Numbered from the stretch's first letter, positions 1 through 8,137 are shown. The stretch is DNA of 32,000 bases from Nitrospirota bacterium (GCA_040752355.1 JBFMHE010000023.1:1-32000), one strand, 5' to 3'. The notes: generated from the letters alone by a model not told the origin. Program-made: numbers and translations.

Positions 1-23
1 GGTGAGCTTGCAGGAGGACAGGG

Positions 24-1631
24 ATGTCCCCCTTATCTGATAAATGGCGAGCCTCCTCGGAGGTCGCATCGACCGAGAACGGGGTCCCCGAAGATCGTAT
101 GATCTTTGGGGTACAGTTGAGTCGAGCATACCATGCCCCGCCCCTTCCCCCTGCTCATTCCATGTCATTTTTTAAGTTGAGCGCCTTGCTGTTCGTCCTT
201 TCACTTCTTGCGGCAATGGTCGGCTGTGCGGTCAACCCGGTAACCGGGCAGCGCGAGCTGATGTTCGTCTCGGAGGGGCAGGAGGTCGCGCTCGGGAGGG
301 ACCTCTATCCCAACGCCCTCTGGGGAGCGGAGGGTGGCGGGGGAGAGTACCGGGACGAGCGGCTCCGGGCGTACCTGAAGGATATAGTCCTCCGGATCCA
401 TGGCGTATCGCACCGGCCGGGCCTCCCGGTCGAGTTCGCGATCCAGAACAGCTCAGCCCCCAATGCATGGGCGATACCCGGGTATGTGGTGATAACGAGA
501 GGACTCCTTGCAGGCCTCGATAACGAGGCGGAGTTCGCCTTCATCATGGGCCACGAGATAGGCCATGTGGCAGCGAAGCATTCGGCGCGCCAGATGACCT
601 CGTCGATGCTCCTGCAGCTCGGGCTTGCCGGCGTCGGCATCGGCCTGAGCGGCAGCGGCTATTCCGATGTCGCCATGGGATTGGGGGCTGCAGGCGGCAG
701 CCTGGTGCTCCTGAAATACGGCAGGGACCACGAGCTCGAGGCAGACCGCCTCGGCGTGCTCTACATGACCAGGCTGGGGTACGATCCCCGCAACGCCCTG
801 AGCGCGCATCACAGCCTCGAAAGGATATCCCGGCAGTATCTCGAGTCGCTCGGGAAAGAGGCGCAGGAGCGGTCCTTCTTCGAAGAGCTCCTCTCGACCC
901 ACCCGAGGACATCGAGGCGGATCGACGAGATAGAGCATATCATCCGGACGACGCCCCCGTCGCCGCTCCTGGGGAACGGGGCTTTCGGGAGCAGGTTCAA
1001 AGAGATGACCGCCGGACTGGAGCAGGTCAACACGGTGTATCGCGACTATTACGACAAAGCGGTACCCGCCTTCCGGAAAGGTGACCTCGATGAGGCAGAC
1101 GGCCTTCTCGACAAGGCCCTCGCCCGTAACAAGACCCAGCCTTCTTTTCCTGCGCTCAAGGGCTTCGTCATGCTCAAGAAAAAGGAGTATGCGGAGGCTG
1201 AGCGGCACTTCACGGCAGCCCTCGACCTGGACCGGAATTATGCTCCGGCCTATCGCGGACTGGGCGCCTCGCGCTACTACCGCGGCGACTATCACGCGAG
1301 CATCCAGCACCTGAAAAAGGGGCTTTCGCTCTTTCCCCAGGATGCGGCTGCTCATTACCTCCTCGGGATGAGTTACTACAGGACCGCTGCCTACCGCTCA
1401 ACGGTCGAGCACCTGAAGCCTTTTGCCGGAGCGCAGCCCAGGCATCCGGAAGTCCACGGCGTCCTTGGCATCTCCTATGAATATCTCAACGACATCCCCG
1501 CTGCCTACAACGAATATCTTCTGCAGCTCAAGGTCGCCCCGGATAACGAGATGGGAAAACATGCTGCTGCCCGCGCCCCGGTCCTGCGGGCTGTTATCGA
1601 GGGCCGGAACCGGCGGCAGCTGGTCCCGTGA
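24..1631 (+). CDS. M48-family Zn metalloprotease with C-terminal TPR repeats (BepA/YfgC-like), probable lipoprotein
   Basis: Carries the HExxH motif (FIMGHEIGHVAAKH), a downstream HELEADRLG and STHPRTSRRI, all typical of peptidase M48. The C-terminal ~180 aa are TPR-like (AEAERHFTAALDLDRNYAPAYRGLG...). AGGAGG lies 6 nt upstream of the ATG at 24. An internal Met at nt 162 precedes a signal/lipobox (LLAAMVGC), so the true start may be 162. Confidence 0.85.
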   Translation: MSPLSDKWRASSEVASTENGVPEDRMIFGVQLSRAYHAPPLPPAHSMSFFKLSALLFVLSLLAAMVGCAVNPVTGQRELMFVSEGQEVALGRDLYPNALWGAEGGGGEYRDERLRAYLKDIVLRIHGVSHRPGLPVEFAIQNSSAPNAWAIPGYVVITRGLLAGLDNEAEFAFIMGHEIGHVAAKHSARQMTSSMLLQLGLAGVGIGLSGSGYSDVAMGLGAAGGSLVLLKYGRDHELEADRLGVLYMTRLGYDPRNALSAHHSLERISRQYLESLGKEAQERSFFEELLSTHPRTSRRIDEIEHIIRTTPPSPLLGNGAFGSRFKEMTAGLEQVNTVYRDYYDKAVPAFRKGDLDEADGLLDKALARNKTQPSFPALKGFVMLKKKEYAEAERHFTAALDLDRNYAPAYRGLGASRYYRGDYHASIQHLKKGLSLFPQDAAAHYLLGMSYYRTAAYRSTVEHLKPFAGAQPRHPEVHGVLGISYEYLNDIPAAYNEYLLQLKVAPDNEMGKHAAARAPVLRAVIEGRNRRQLVP

Positions 1632-1700
1632 CGCTCACGCCCGGACTCTCCTCGCGGTCTGCATGACAACATACCGCCGTTTTTGCTACAATTTCCTGCT

Positions 1701-2600
1701 ATGCTGCTCCAGCAGTTGATCAACGGGCTCACCGTAGGCGGCGTCTATGCCGTCATCGCCCTCGGCTATACCATGGTATACGGCATTCTCGAGCTTATCA
1801 ACTTCGCCCATGGCGAGATCTACATGCTCGGCGCCTATTTCGGCATCATTTTCCTGGGAATTTTTACCGCCCTGGGGTTGACGACCGCGAACCTCCCCCT
1901 TGCTCTCCTTCTGACTGTTATCCTTGCGGCAGCCTTCTGCGCCGCCTACGGCTTCACCATGGAAAAGGTCGCCTACAAGCCGTTGCGGAGCGCGCCGCGG
2001 CTGAGCCCGCTCATCAGCGCGATCGGGGTCTCGATCTTCCTCCAGAATTACGTGATGCTCACGCAGGGGGCGACCGACAAAGTCTTCCCGTACCGGTTCG
2101 GCGAGCAGCGCGTGCAGATACTGAACGCGGAGGCGACCGTCCTGCAGGTGGTGATCATCGCGGCTTCCGCCCTGATCATGCTCTCGCTCCACTTCTTCCA
2201 GAAGACCCGCAGGGGAAAGGCGATGAGGGCCACGGCGCAGGACAAGACCATGGCGGCGCTGGTGGGGATCAATGTGGACAGCGTCATCTCCCTCACCTTC
2301 GTCATCGGCGCAGGGCTCGCCGCGGTGGCGGGCGTCATGGTCGCTTCCTATTACGGGCTGGTGAACCACTTCATCGGTTATGTCGCCGGCATCAAGGCCT
2401 TTACCGCAGCCGTGCTGGGAGGGATCGGGAGCATACCGGGCGCAATGCTTGGCGGCATACTCCTCGGCCTGGTCGAGAGCATAGGGGCGGCCTATATCTC
2501 GAGCGAGTACAAGGACGCCTATGCGTTCATAATCCTCATCATCATCCTGCTCATCAAACCTTCCGGCATTCTCGGCAGGCATACCGAGGAAAAGGTGTGA
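1701..2600 (+). CDS. livH: Branched-chain amino acid ABC transporter permease (LivH family)
   Basis: The N-terminus MLLQQLINGLTVGGVYAVIALGYTMVYG is the canonical LivH start. The protein is polytopic and hydrophobic. Its stop overlaps the next gene's start (GTGA). Confidence 0.9.
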   Translation: MLLQQLINGLTVGGVYAVIALGYTMVYGILELINFAHGEIYMLGAYFGIIFLGIFTALGLTTANLPLALLLTVILAAAFCAAYGFTMEKVAYKPLRSAPRLSPLISAIGVSIFLQNYVMLTQGATDKVFPYRFGEQRVQILNAEATVLQVVIIAASALIMLSLHFFQKTRRGKAMRATAQDKTMAALVGINVDSVISLTFVIGAGLAAVAGVMVASYYGLVNHFIGYVAGIKAFTAAVLGGIGSIPGAMLGGILLGLVESIGAAYISSEYKDAYAFIILIIILLIKPSGILGRHTEEKV

Positions 2601-3712
2601 GCCGCACCTCCCTTCTCAGACCGCTGGTCATCGGCCTCTGGGCGGGAATGCTGCTGCTCCCTTTTGCCGGTATAACGGCGGCGCTGACGCTCTTCGCCTG
2701 CGTGGCAGCAGGGCTCTTTCTCTTCTTTAACGCGCGGAAGCTCGGTGTAGCGGAAGCGGTGAAGGCCTCCCTCCCGTTCAGTCCCGCGGGGCTTCCCTAT
2801 CTCCGTACCGCAGCGCTTCCGCTCGCGGTGGTCGCGAGCCTTGCCGTTCCCTTCGGGATGAAGGACTACTACCTGGATGTGTTGATCGTGGCGGGTATCT
2901 ACATCCTGCTCGCGCTCGGTCTCAATGTCATCGTCGGCTTCACCGGCCTGCTCAATCTCGGGTTTGCCGCCTTTTACGCCATCGGCGCGTATACCTATGC
3001 CCTGCTCAACACCAAGATGGGGCTCGGGTTCTGGCCCTCGCTGCCGCTTGCTGCCGCTGCAGCGGCTCTTGCCGGGCTGCTGGTCGCGGTGCCTGCGCTG
3101 CGCCTGCGGGGAGACTACCTCGCCATCGTGACGCTCGGGTTCGGGGAGATCCTCCGCCTCGTTCTCAATAACTGGGACAGCCTGACCAACGGACCGAACG
3201 GTATAGGGGGCATAGCCCCGCCTTCGCTCGCCGGGTTTTCACTCGGTACGCTGAACGCGTATTACTACGTGGTGCTGCTTTTCGTTTTCCTGGGCATCGT
3301 CGTGATCGGAAGGGTCGAACGCTCCCGTATAGGGAGGGCCTGGGTCGCCATACGCGAAAACGAGATCGCCGCAGCCTCGATGGGCATCAATACGACACGC
3401 TACAAGCTCTATGCCTTTGCCTTCGGCACCTTCTGGGCCGGGATAGCCGGCACCCTCTTCTCGGCAAAGATGCGCTTCATCTCCCCCGAGAGCTTCACCT
3501 TCATGGAGTCGATCATGGTGCTGAGCATGATCATCCTGGGAGGCATCGGCACTATTCACGGCGCCGTGCTCGGCGCCTTTCTGCTGGTAGTGCTGCCCGA
3601 AGTGCTGCGCGAGGTCCAGGTCTACCGGATGCTTCTCCTCGGCATCGGCCTGGTCCTGCTCATGATCTTCAGGCCCCAGGGATTGATGGGAAAGACAGGG
3701 GTAACCAGATGA
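2597..3712 (+). CDS. livM: Branched-chain amino acid ABC transporter permease (LivM family)
   Basis: GTG start overlaps the livH stop. Hydrophobic permease with LivM-like motifs (GLLNLGFAAFYAIGAYT, GDYLAIVTLGFGEI). Confidence 0.9.
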   Translation: MSRTSLLRPLVIGLWAGMLLLPFAGITAALTLFACVAAGLFLFFNARKLGVAEAVKASLPFSPAGLPYLRTAALPLAVVASLAVPFGMKDYYLDVLIVAGIYILLALGLNVIVGFTGLLNLGFAAFYAIGAYTYALLNTKMGLGFWPSLPLAAAAAALAGLLVAVPALRLRGDYLAIVTLGFGEILRLVLNNWDSLTNGPNGIGGIAPPSLAGFSLGTLNAYYYVVLLFVFLGIVVIGRVERSRIGRAWVAIRENEIAAASMGINTTRYKLYAFAFGTFWAGIAGTLFSAKMRFISPESFTFMESIMVLSMIILGGIGTIHGAVLGAFLLVVLPEVLREVQVYRMLLLGIGLVLLMIFRPQGLMGKTGVTR

Positions 3713-3737
3713 AAAACGATGCCCGTCATAATGAACC

Positions 3738-4502
3738 ATGTTCATACTGGAACTGCGCGACATAACGAAACACTTCGGCGGCGTACGCGCTATCGAAGAG
3801 GTGAGCTTCAAGGTGGAGAGCGGCGCCATCATCAGCATTATCGGTCCCAACGGCGCCGGCAAGACCACCCTGTTCAACTGCCTTACCGGGATAACCAGGC
3901 CGAGCAAGGGAACCATCCACTTCGCTGATAAAGAGATATCGAGACTCCCGGCCCATGCGATTGCGGAATCGGGCATTGCGCGCACCTTCCAGAATATCAG
4001 GCTCTTCACGGATATGACGGTGATGGAGAACGTGATGGTAGCCCAGCACGCGCGCATGCGGTACGGCCTGCTGAGCGCTGTTGCGCGGGGTAAGGGCTTT
4101 CAGCAGAAGGAGCAGTCCATGAAAGAGCGGGTCTTCGAGTACCTCGAGCTCGTGGGCCTCGAGACCTTTACCGGTACGGTCGCCGGCAATCTTCCCTACG
4201 GCAGCCAGCGGAGGCTCGAGATTGCGCGGGCCCTCGCCACGGAGCCGCAGATACTCCTCCTCGATGAGCCTACCGCCGGGATGAACCCCATAGAGACGAC
4301 GGAAATCATGGAGCTGATCAGGAAGATCAGGGAGCTGGGCAAGACCGTTCTGCTCATCGAACATGATATGCGCCTGGTTATGGGCATCTCGGAAAAGATC
4401 GTGGTGCTCGACCACGGCGTCAAGATCGCCGAGGGCTCGCCCGAAGAGGTGCGGAACGATCCCCTCGTCATCGAGGCATACCTGGGGAAAGAAACACATT
4501 GA
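3738..4502 (+). CDS. livG: Branched-chain amino acid ABC transporter ATP-binding protein (LivG family)
   Basis: Walker A GPNGAGKTT, ABC signature YGSQRRLEIARAL, Walker B LLLDEPTAGM and an LIEHDM H-loop. Confidence 0.92.
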   Translation: MFILELRDITKHFGGVRAIEEVSFKVESGAIISIIGPNGAGKTTLFNCLTGITRPSKGTIHFADKEISRLPAHAIAESGIARTFQNIRLFTDMTVMENVMVAQHARMRYGLLSAVARGKGFQQKEQSMKERVFEYLELVGLETFTGTVAGNLPYGSQRRLEIARALATEPQILLLDEPTAGMNPIETTEIMELIRKIRELGKTVLLIEHDMRLVMGISEKIVVLDHGVKIAEGSPEEVRNDPLVIEAYLGKETH

Positions 4503-4534
4503 AATACGAATTCTAAGCACTGAATTCGAATTTC
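4501..4534. repeat. Imperfect hairpin (13-bp arms, 1 mismatch) at the livG stop, followed by three tandem heptamers at 4550-4570
   Basis: GAAATACGAATTC (4501-4513) pairs with GAATTCGAATTTC (4522-4534) around an 8-nt loop. TTCGGAG/TTCGGAT/TCCGGAT follow at 4550-4570. They fill an 80-nt livG-livF spacer. Confidence 0.6.
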
Positions 4535-4582
4535 CAAACGGGAGCTTGTTTCGGAGTTCGGATTCCGGATCTGATACGGACT

Positions 4583-5281
4583 ATGTTGACGCTCAATTCT
4601 ATACACGCTTCATACGGCCCGATAAAGGCCATCGAGGACATCTCGATCGAGGTGCGGGCAGGCGAGATCGTTTGTCTCATCGGCAGCAACGGCGCCGGCA
4701 AAACCACGACGCTCATGACAATCTCGGGTATCGTCAGGCCGGATGCAGGGATGATCGTCCTGGAAGGAGAGGATATCGTCCGCCTGACCCCGGATGAGGT
4801 CGTGGAGCGGGGCATCTCCCAGGTGCCTGAGGGCAGGAGGATATTCCCCCGCCTTACGGTGCGCGAGAACCTCGAGATGGGAGCATTCCTCAGGGTGCGT
4901 GATTTCAAGAGGAATCTCGAAAGGGTGGTCACGCTCTTTCCCATCCTCAAGGACCGCCAGGATCAGTTGGGAGGGACCCTGAGCGGCGGAGAGCAGCAGA
5001 TGCTTGCGGTGGGAAGGGCGCTCATGGCGAGCCCGAAGCTCCTCCTGCTCGACGAGCCCTCACTCGGCCTCGCGCCTATCATGGTGAGCAAGATATTCAA
5101 GACCATAAAAGAGATCAACAGGGAGGGCGTCACCATCCTCCTCGTAGAGCAGAACGCGAAGGCGGCGCTTACGCTGTCGCACCGCGGCTACGTGCTCGAA
5201 AGCGGCCGTATCACGTTGCAGGGGAGCGGTTCAGACCTCCTGCACAGCGAGGCGGTGAGGAAGGCATATCTCGGGGAATAG
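4583..5281 (+). CDS. livF: Branched-chain amino acid ABC transporter ATP-binding protein (LivF family)
   Basis: Walker A GSNGAGKTT, signature LSGGEQQMLAVGRAL and Walker B LLLDEPSLGLAP. Confidence 0.92.
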   Translation: MLTLNSIHASYGPIKAIEDISIEVRAGEIVCLIGSNGAGKTTTLMTISGIVRPDAGMIVLEGEDIVRLTPDEVVERGISQVPEGRRIFPRLTVRENLEMGAFLRVRDFKRNLERVVTLFPILKDRQDQLGGTLSGGEQQMLAVGRALMASPKLLLLDEPSLGLAPIMVSKIFKTIKEINREGVTILLVEQNAKAALTLSHRGYVLESGRITLQGSGSDLLHSEAVRKAYLGE

Positions 5282-5294
5282 CGCACTTCCCGGC

Positions 5295-5422
5295 AATCAG
5301 CTGTCAGCAATCAGCCTTCAGCTATCAGCTCAAAAAAACTTAAAAGCAGCATATAATTTATAAAGGCGGACGTGCTGCTCTTTTTTTGCCGATTGCTGAA
5401 GGCTGATAGCTGATTGCTTGCT
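5295..5422. repeat. Heptamer-array palindromic element, copy 1: 5x NNTCAGC, a 58-nt spacer, then 5x GCTGANN
   Basis: Left arm: aaTCAGC tgTCAGC aaTCAGC ctTCAGC taTCAGC (5295-5329). Right arm: GCCGAtt GCTGAag GCTGAta GCTGAtt GCTTGct (5388-5422). The reverse complement resembles the element at 10457-10545, including a shared TCGGCAAAA junction. Confidence 0.8.
5345..5387 (+). terminator. Putative rho-independent terminator inside repeat copy 1 (possibly bidirectional)
   Basis: AGCAGCA (5345-5351) pairs with TGCTGCT (5373-5379), followed by C and seven T (5381-5387). An A-run at 5332-5338 sits on the other side. The 21-nt loop is long, which weakens the call. Confidence 0.5.
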
Positions 5423-5434
5423 CAAGGAGGTCTC

Positions 5435-5710
5435 ATGAAAGCGCGGGCCCATGTCTATATTTCAGGAAGAGTGCAGGGGGTGAACTACCGGTGGTTTACT
5501 CTCGAAGTGGCCGAGGAGCTGAAGCTGGCCGGCTGGGTGAGGAATCTCCCCGACCGCCGGGTCGAGGCGGTGTTCGAGGGGGATCGGGACACGATCGAAA
5601 AGGCTATCGTGAGGTGCAAGCAGGGACCTCCGGCGTCGCGCGTCGACGATGTCGATGTCACCTGGGAAGACCGCCTCGAGGGATTCGGGGACTTCGAGAT
5701 CCGGCATTAG
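5435..5710 (+). CDS. acyP: Acylphosphatase
   Basis: About 91 aa with the signature ISGRVQGVNYRWF and GWVRNLPDRRVEAVFEG. AAGGAGG lies 5 nt upstream of the ATG at 5435. Confidence 0.9.
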   Translation: MKARAHVYISGRVQGVNYRWFTLEVAEELKLAGWVRNLPDRRVEAVFEGDRDTIEKAIVRCKQGPPASRVDDVDVTWEDRLEGFGDFEIRH

Positions 5711-5990
5711 GCGTGCTCCATCCTTATTGATAGTCTCCTGAATTTCTTGTAGGCTTAGGTCAGATGCGGTGATCCTTGAGTGGTGAAAGTTTGCCCCCGT
5801 TGTGGCAAGGGCTATTCGGGACACCTCCCCTATTCTCATGGAGACAGGCCGAATAAACGAATTCGAAAGCCCGGAAAGTATCCGTGGGCCATTCTCTCTC
5901 CATGAGCTCACCGCACTATCTCTCCAGAAAAACATGTCCTTGCATGTGCTATGAATTTTATGTACGTAATAGTATTGCATGAGGTGCCCT

Positions 5991-6452
5991 ATGCCACGAG
6001 TGAAAGTTGATGAGGATATCAGGCCGATGTCGGAGGTCAGGACAGGAATCGCCTCTTTTCTCAAGAAGGTCCATGGGACCAAAAGGCCTCTGGTTATCAC
6101 GCAGCACGGCAAAGGTGTCGTTGTCTTGCTCGATGTGCGGGAGTACGAGGCCATGCAGGAGAAGATAGAGCTCCTGCAGGACATACAGACTTCGATCAGC
6201 CAGTTGGAAGGGGGAGCGGCCGCCTGGCGCCGGAGATCAATCATCACCATTTCAGAGAGTTGTTTTACGGCAATTACCGATTATTTACCGGATCGAGAAG
6301 AGGCAGGTTTCTATCCTCACGATCAGGCATGGCAAGCAGATAGTACCCGTAGATTAAGTCTCGAAATAACATTGCACGCGGGGTGCGCCCTGCTCCCTGT
6401 GAGCGTATGCTCCACAACACGAAGAGCCAGAGGGCCGATAAAGATTGTATAA
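5991..6452 (+). CDS. Phd/YefM-type antitoxin N-terminal domain with an aberrant read-through C-terminal tail
   Basis: Residues MSEVRTGIASFLKKVHGTKRPLVITQHGKGVVVLLDVREYEAMQEKIELLQDIQTSISQLEGG match the Phd/YefM fold pattern. A GAGGTG SD precedes the ATG at 5991. After about 80 aa the ORF continues about 75 aa through what is toxin sequence in other frames. Confidence 0.6.
   Translation: MPRVKVDEDIRPMSEVRTGIASFLKKVHGTKRPLVITQHGKGVVVLLDVREYEAMQEKIELLQDIQTSISQLEGGAAAWRRRSIITISESCFTAITDYLPDREEAGFYPHDQAWQADSTRRLSLEITLHAGCALLPVSVCSTTRRARGPIKIV
6251..6357 (+). pseudogene. ParE/RelE-family toxin remnant (C-terminal ~35 codons only, apparently frameshifted)
   Basis: My own translation gives FRELFYGNYRLF in the frame of nt 6251 and IYRIEKRQVSILTIRHGKQIVPVD* in the frame of nt 6283 (stop at 6355-6357). 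Joined across the T-run at 6284-6286, this reads GNYRLFYRIEKRQVSILTIRHGKQ, the typical ParE/RelE C-terminus. No toxin N-terminus is present. Confidence 0.55.
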
Positions 6453-6484
6453 TGAAGTAACCATTAGAACGAAAGGGGGCTCCT

Positions 6485-6991
6485 GTGGGCGCTTCGTACA
6501 ACTATATAAACGATTTTCTGTACTTTGTGATAGAGCCCGATGAAAGCCGGGGGAAGGGGGCGTATATCTACTGCTCCGGGGCCGATATGTTCCGTTTCCT
6601 TCCCCTCACCAAGGGGCGGCACGGGCTGGCATCGAATTCGACTCTCCGGGGGCTCCAGCTGGTCAATCTCGGGATCAGGGACATGGCGCGCGAGAGGGGA
6701 GTGACGATAACGCCGCTCAAGGGAAATTGCGCGGAGTTCGCTCCCGGGGCGGGCGGATGGTATTCGGAGCGGCTGCTGATCGAGAACGCGCCGGATTCGT
6801 TTCCCGAGGAGATCCTTGCTTATGGCGTCATCAACCTCCTGAAGAAGATCGGCAAGGCCTGCATGCTCGACGACCCGATGCCCGATACGCTGCTCGAGCC
6901 GAAAGAGCTGCAGGCATTCATCGAGTCCCTGTGCGACAAATATCAAGGGAAGCATGACCTGAGATTCGTAGGAAAGAAGACCGCTCCTTGA
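6485..6991 (+). CDS. Hypothetical protein, no recognisable domain
   Basis: 168-aa ORF with a GTG start 5 nt after AAGGGGG. Composition is protein-like, whereas the antisense ORF 6464-6955 is Arg/Pro-rich. I recognised no motif. Confidence 0.5.
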   Translation: MGASYNYINDFLYFVIEPDESRGKGAYIYCSGADMFRFLPLTKGRHGLASNSTLRGLQLVNLGIRDMARERGVTITPLKGNCAEFAPGAGGWYSERLLIENAPDSFPEEILAYGVINLLKKIGKACMLDDPMPDTLLEPKELQAFIESLCDKYQGKHDLRFVGKKTAP

Positions 6992-7042
6992 GCGGGCGCG
7001 CGCTGTGTAGTGGTGCGCCCCACTGCGGCCGGCTGCGGCCAG

Positions 7043-8059
7043 TTAGGGAATAATCGCGTATTTTATTCCCTGGCCCTTCGACAGCTTCTCGAGCGCTGCA
7101 GGAAGCCCCTCCAGGGGATAGCTGCCGCTGATGAGCGGCGCAACACGGATCGTCCCTCCGGTCAGCAACTCATACGCTTTCTTCACATCCCGCGGGGTGA
7201 AGTGAAAGACCCCTTTCAGCGTCAACTCGTCGTAGTGCAGCCGGTAGGTGTCGTAGGTTGCTACCGTGCCCTGTTTCACGCCGCCGAAGAGGACGACCGT
7301 GCCCCCGCGGCGTACGTAATCGACGGAGGACTCCCAGACATCGATCTGGCCGGTGCACTCGAACACCGTATCGACGCCGAGGCCGTTGGTGTACTCCGGG
7401 ATAAAACTCTTGAGCCCGGAGGGGAGGATGGCGGCGTCGGCGCGCAGCTGCTTTGCGAGGTCGAGCCGCTCCTGTTCGAGGCCGGTGATGACGACCGTCG
7501 CCCCCTTCTGCTTCAGCAGGAGCAGGTGCAGGAGGCCGATCGGGCCGGTGCCGATGACCAGCACGGTGTCGCCTCTTCTGATCTCGACTCCCTGCATGCC
7601 GTGGACCACGCAGGAGAGCGGTTCGAGGAATGCCGCCTCCTCGAAGCTGAGGTGAGGCGGCTTGTGGAAGAGATTCTGTTGTGCGATGTGAGAGGGGAGG
7701 AGTATATACTCGGCGAAGGCGCCCATGACCTTCGAGGTCATGATATTTTCGCAGAGATTGAAGAGCTCCTTCCGGCAGTACCGGCAGGCGAGACAGGGCG
7801 CGCTATGGACCGCCATGATCTCGTCGCCGGACTTGAATTCCGTTACGCCCTCGCCTGTCTTTGCGACGACTCCTGAAAACTCGTGCCCGCAGACACCGGG
7901 CATGGGGATCATCGGGTGGCCTCTCAGATAGGCCTTCAGATCGGTGCCGCAGGTGAGGGCGGCCCTGACCTTGATGAGAACCTCTTCCTTCCCCGGCTCG
8001 GGGACAGGGACCTCCCGCAGTTCGAGAGAGCCCGGCTTTACCAGATAGCTTGCGCGCAT
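7043..8059 (-). CDS. Zn-dependent alcohol dehydrogenase, MDR family (threonine/sorbitol dehydrogenase-like)
   Basis: GHEFSGVV catalytic-Zn motif, structural-Zn cysteines CLACRYCRKELFNLC and Rossmann VIGTGPIGLL. Start taken at MRASYLVKPG (ATG at 8059), not the upstream extension of the ORF track. Confidence 0.88.
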   Translation of the reverse strand: MRASYLVKPGSLELREVPVPEPGKEEVLIKVRAALTCGTDLKAYLRGHPMIPMPGVCGHEFSGVVAKTGEGVTEFKSGDEIMAVHSAPCLACRYCRKELFNLCENIMTSKVMGAFAEYILLPSHIAQQNLFHKPPHLSFEEAAFLEPLSCVVHGMQGVEIRRGDTVLVIGTGPIGLLHLLLLKQKGATVVITGLEQERLDLAKQLRADAAILPSGLKSFIPEYTNGLGVDTVFECTGQIDVWESSVDYVRRGGTVVLFGGVKQGTVATYDTYRLHYDELTLKGVFHFTPRDVKKAYELLTGGTIRVAPLISGSYPLEGLPAALEKLSKGQGIKYAIIP

Positions 8060-8137
8060 ATAGCTGAAGTATAGTGGAATTCCCTGCGACAGTGCAATGT
8101 GCTCCGCCCCTTTTACACCGCTCTCCGAATTTTTTTC

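Noticed and set aside
453-1355. Long antisense ORFs opposite well-supported genes: 453-1355(-), 1686-2582(-), 3726-4520(-), 7010-7876(+), 10725-11573(-), 15374-17068(+), 17150-18478(-), 20559-21791(-), 22678-23556(-), 24179-25462(-) and 29446-30732(+).
   Set aside because: Each lies fully inside a gene with clear family motifs on the other strand. Their translations are Arg/Pro/Gly/His-rich low-complexity sequence, typical of shadow ORFs in GC-rich DNA, and none has a recognisable domain or SD.
1683-5281. The liv ABC importer lacks a periplasmic binding-protein gene (livJ/livK) in the window.
   Set aside because: Binding-protein genes are frequently encoded elsewhere or upstream of the permeases. 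The upstream neighbour here is unrelated, but absence within a 32-kb window is not evidence of a novel binding-protein-independent system.
5711-5978. The minus-strand translation ...WRENGPRILSGLSNSFIRPVSM... looked like a DDE transposase fragment (DNGPEF...FIRPG of IS3-type OrfB). A 38-aa plus-strand ORF also lies here.
   Set aside because: The spacing between the two motifs (7 aa) is far shorter than in real IS3 transposases (about 17 aa), the sequence after FIRP does not match, and the frame runs on antisense through acyP. The 38-aa ORF has no SD or recognisable features.
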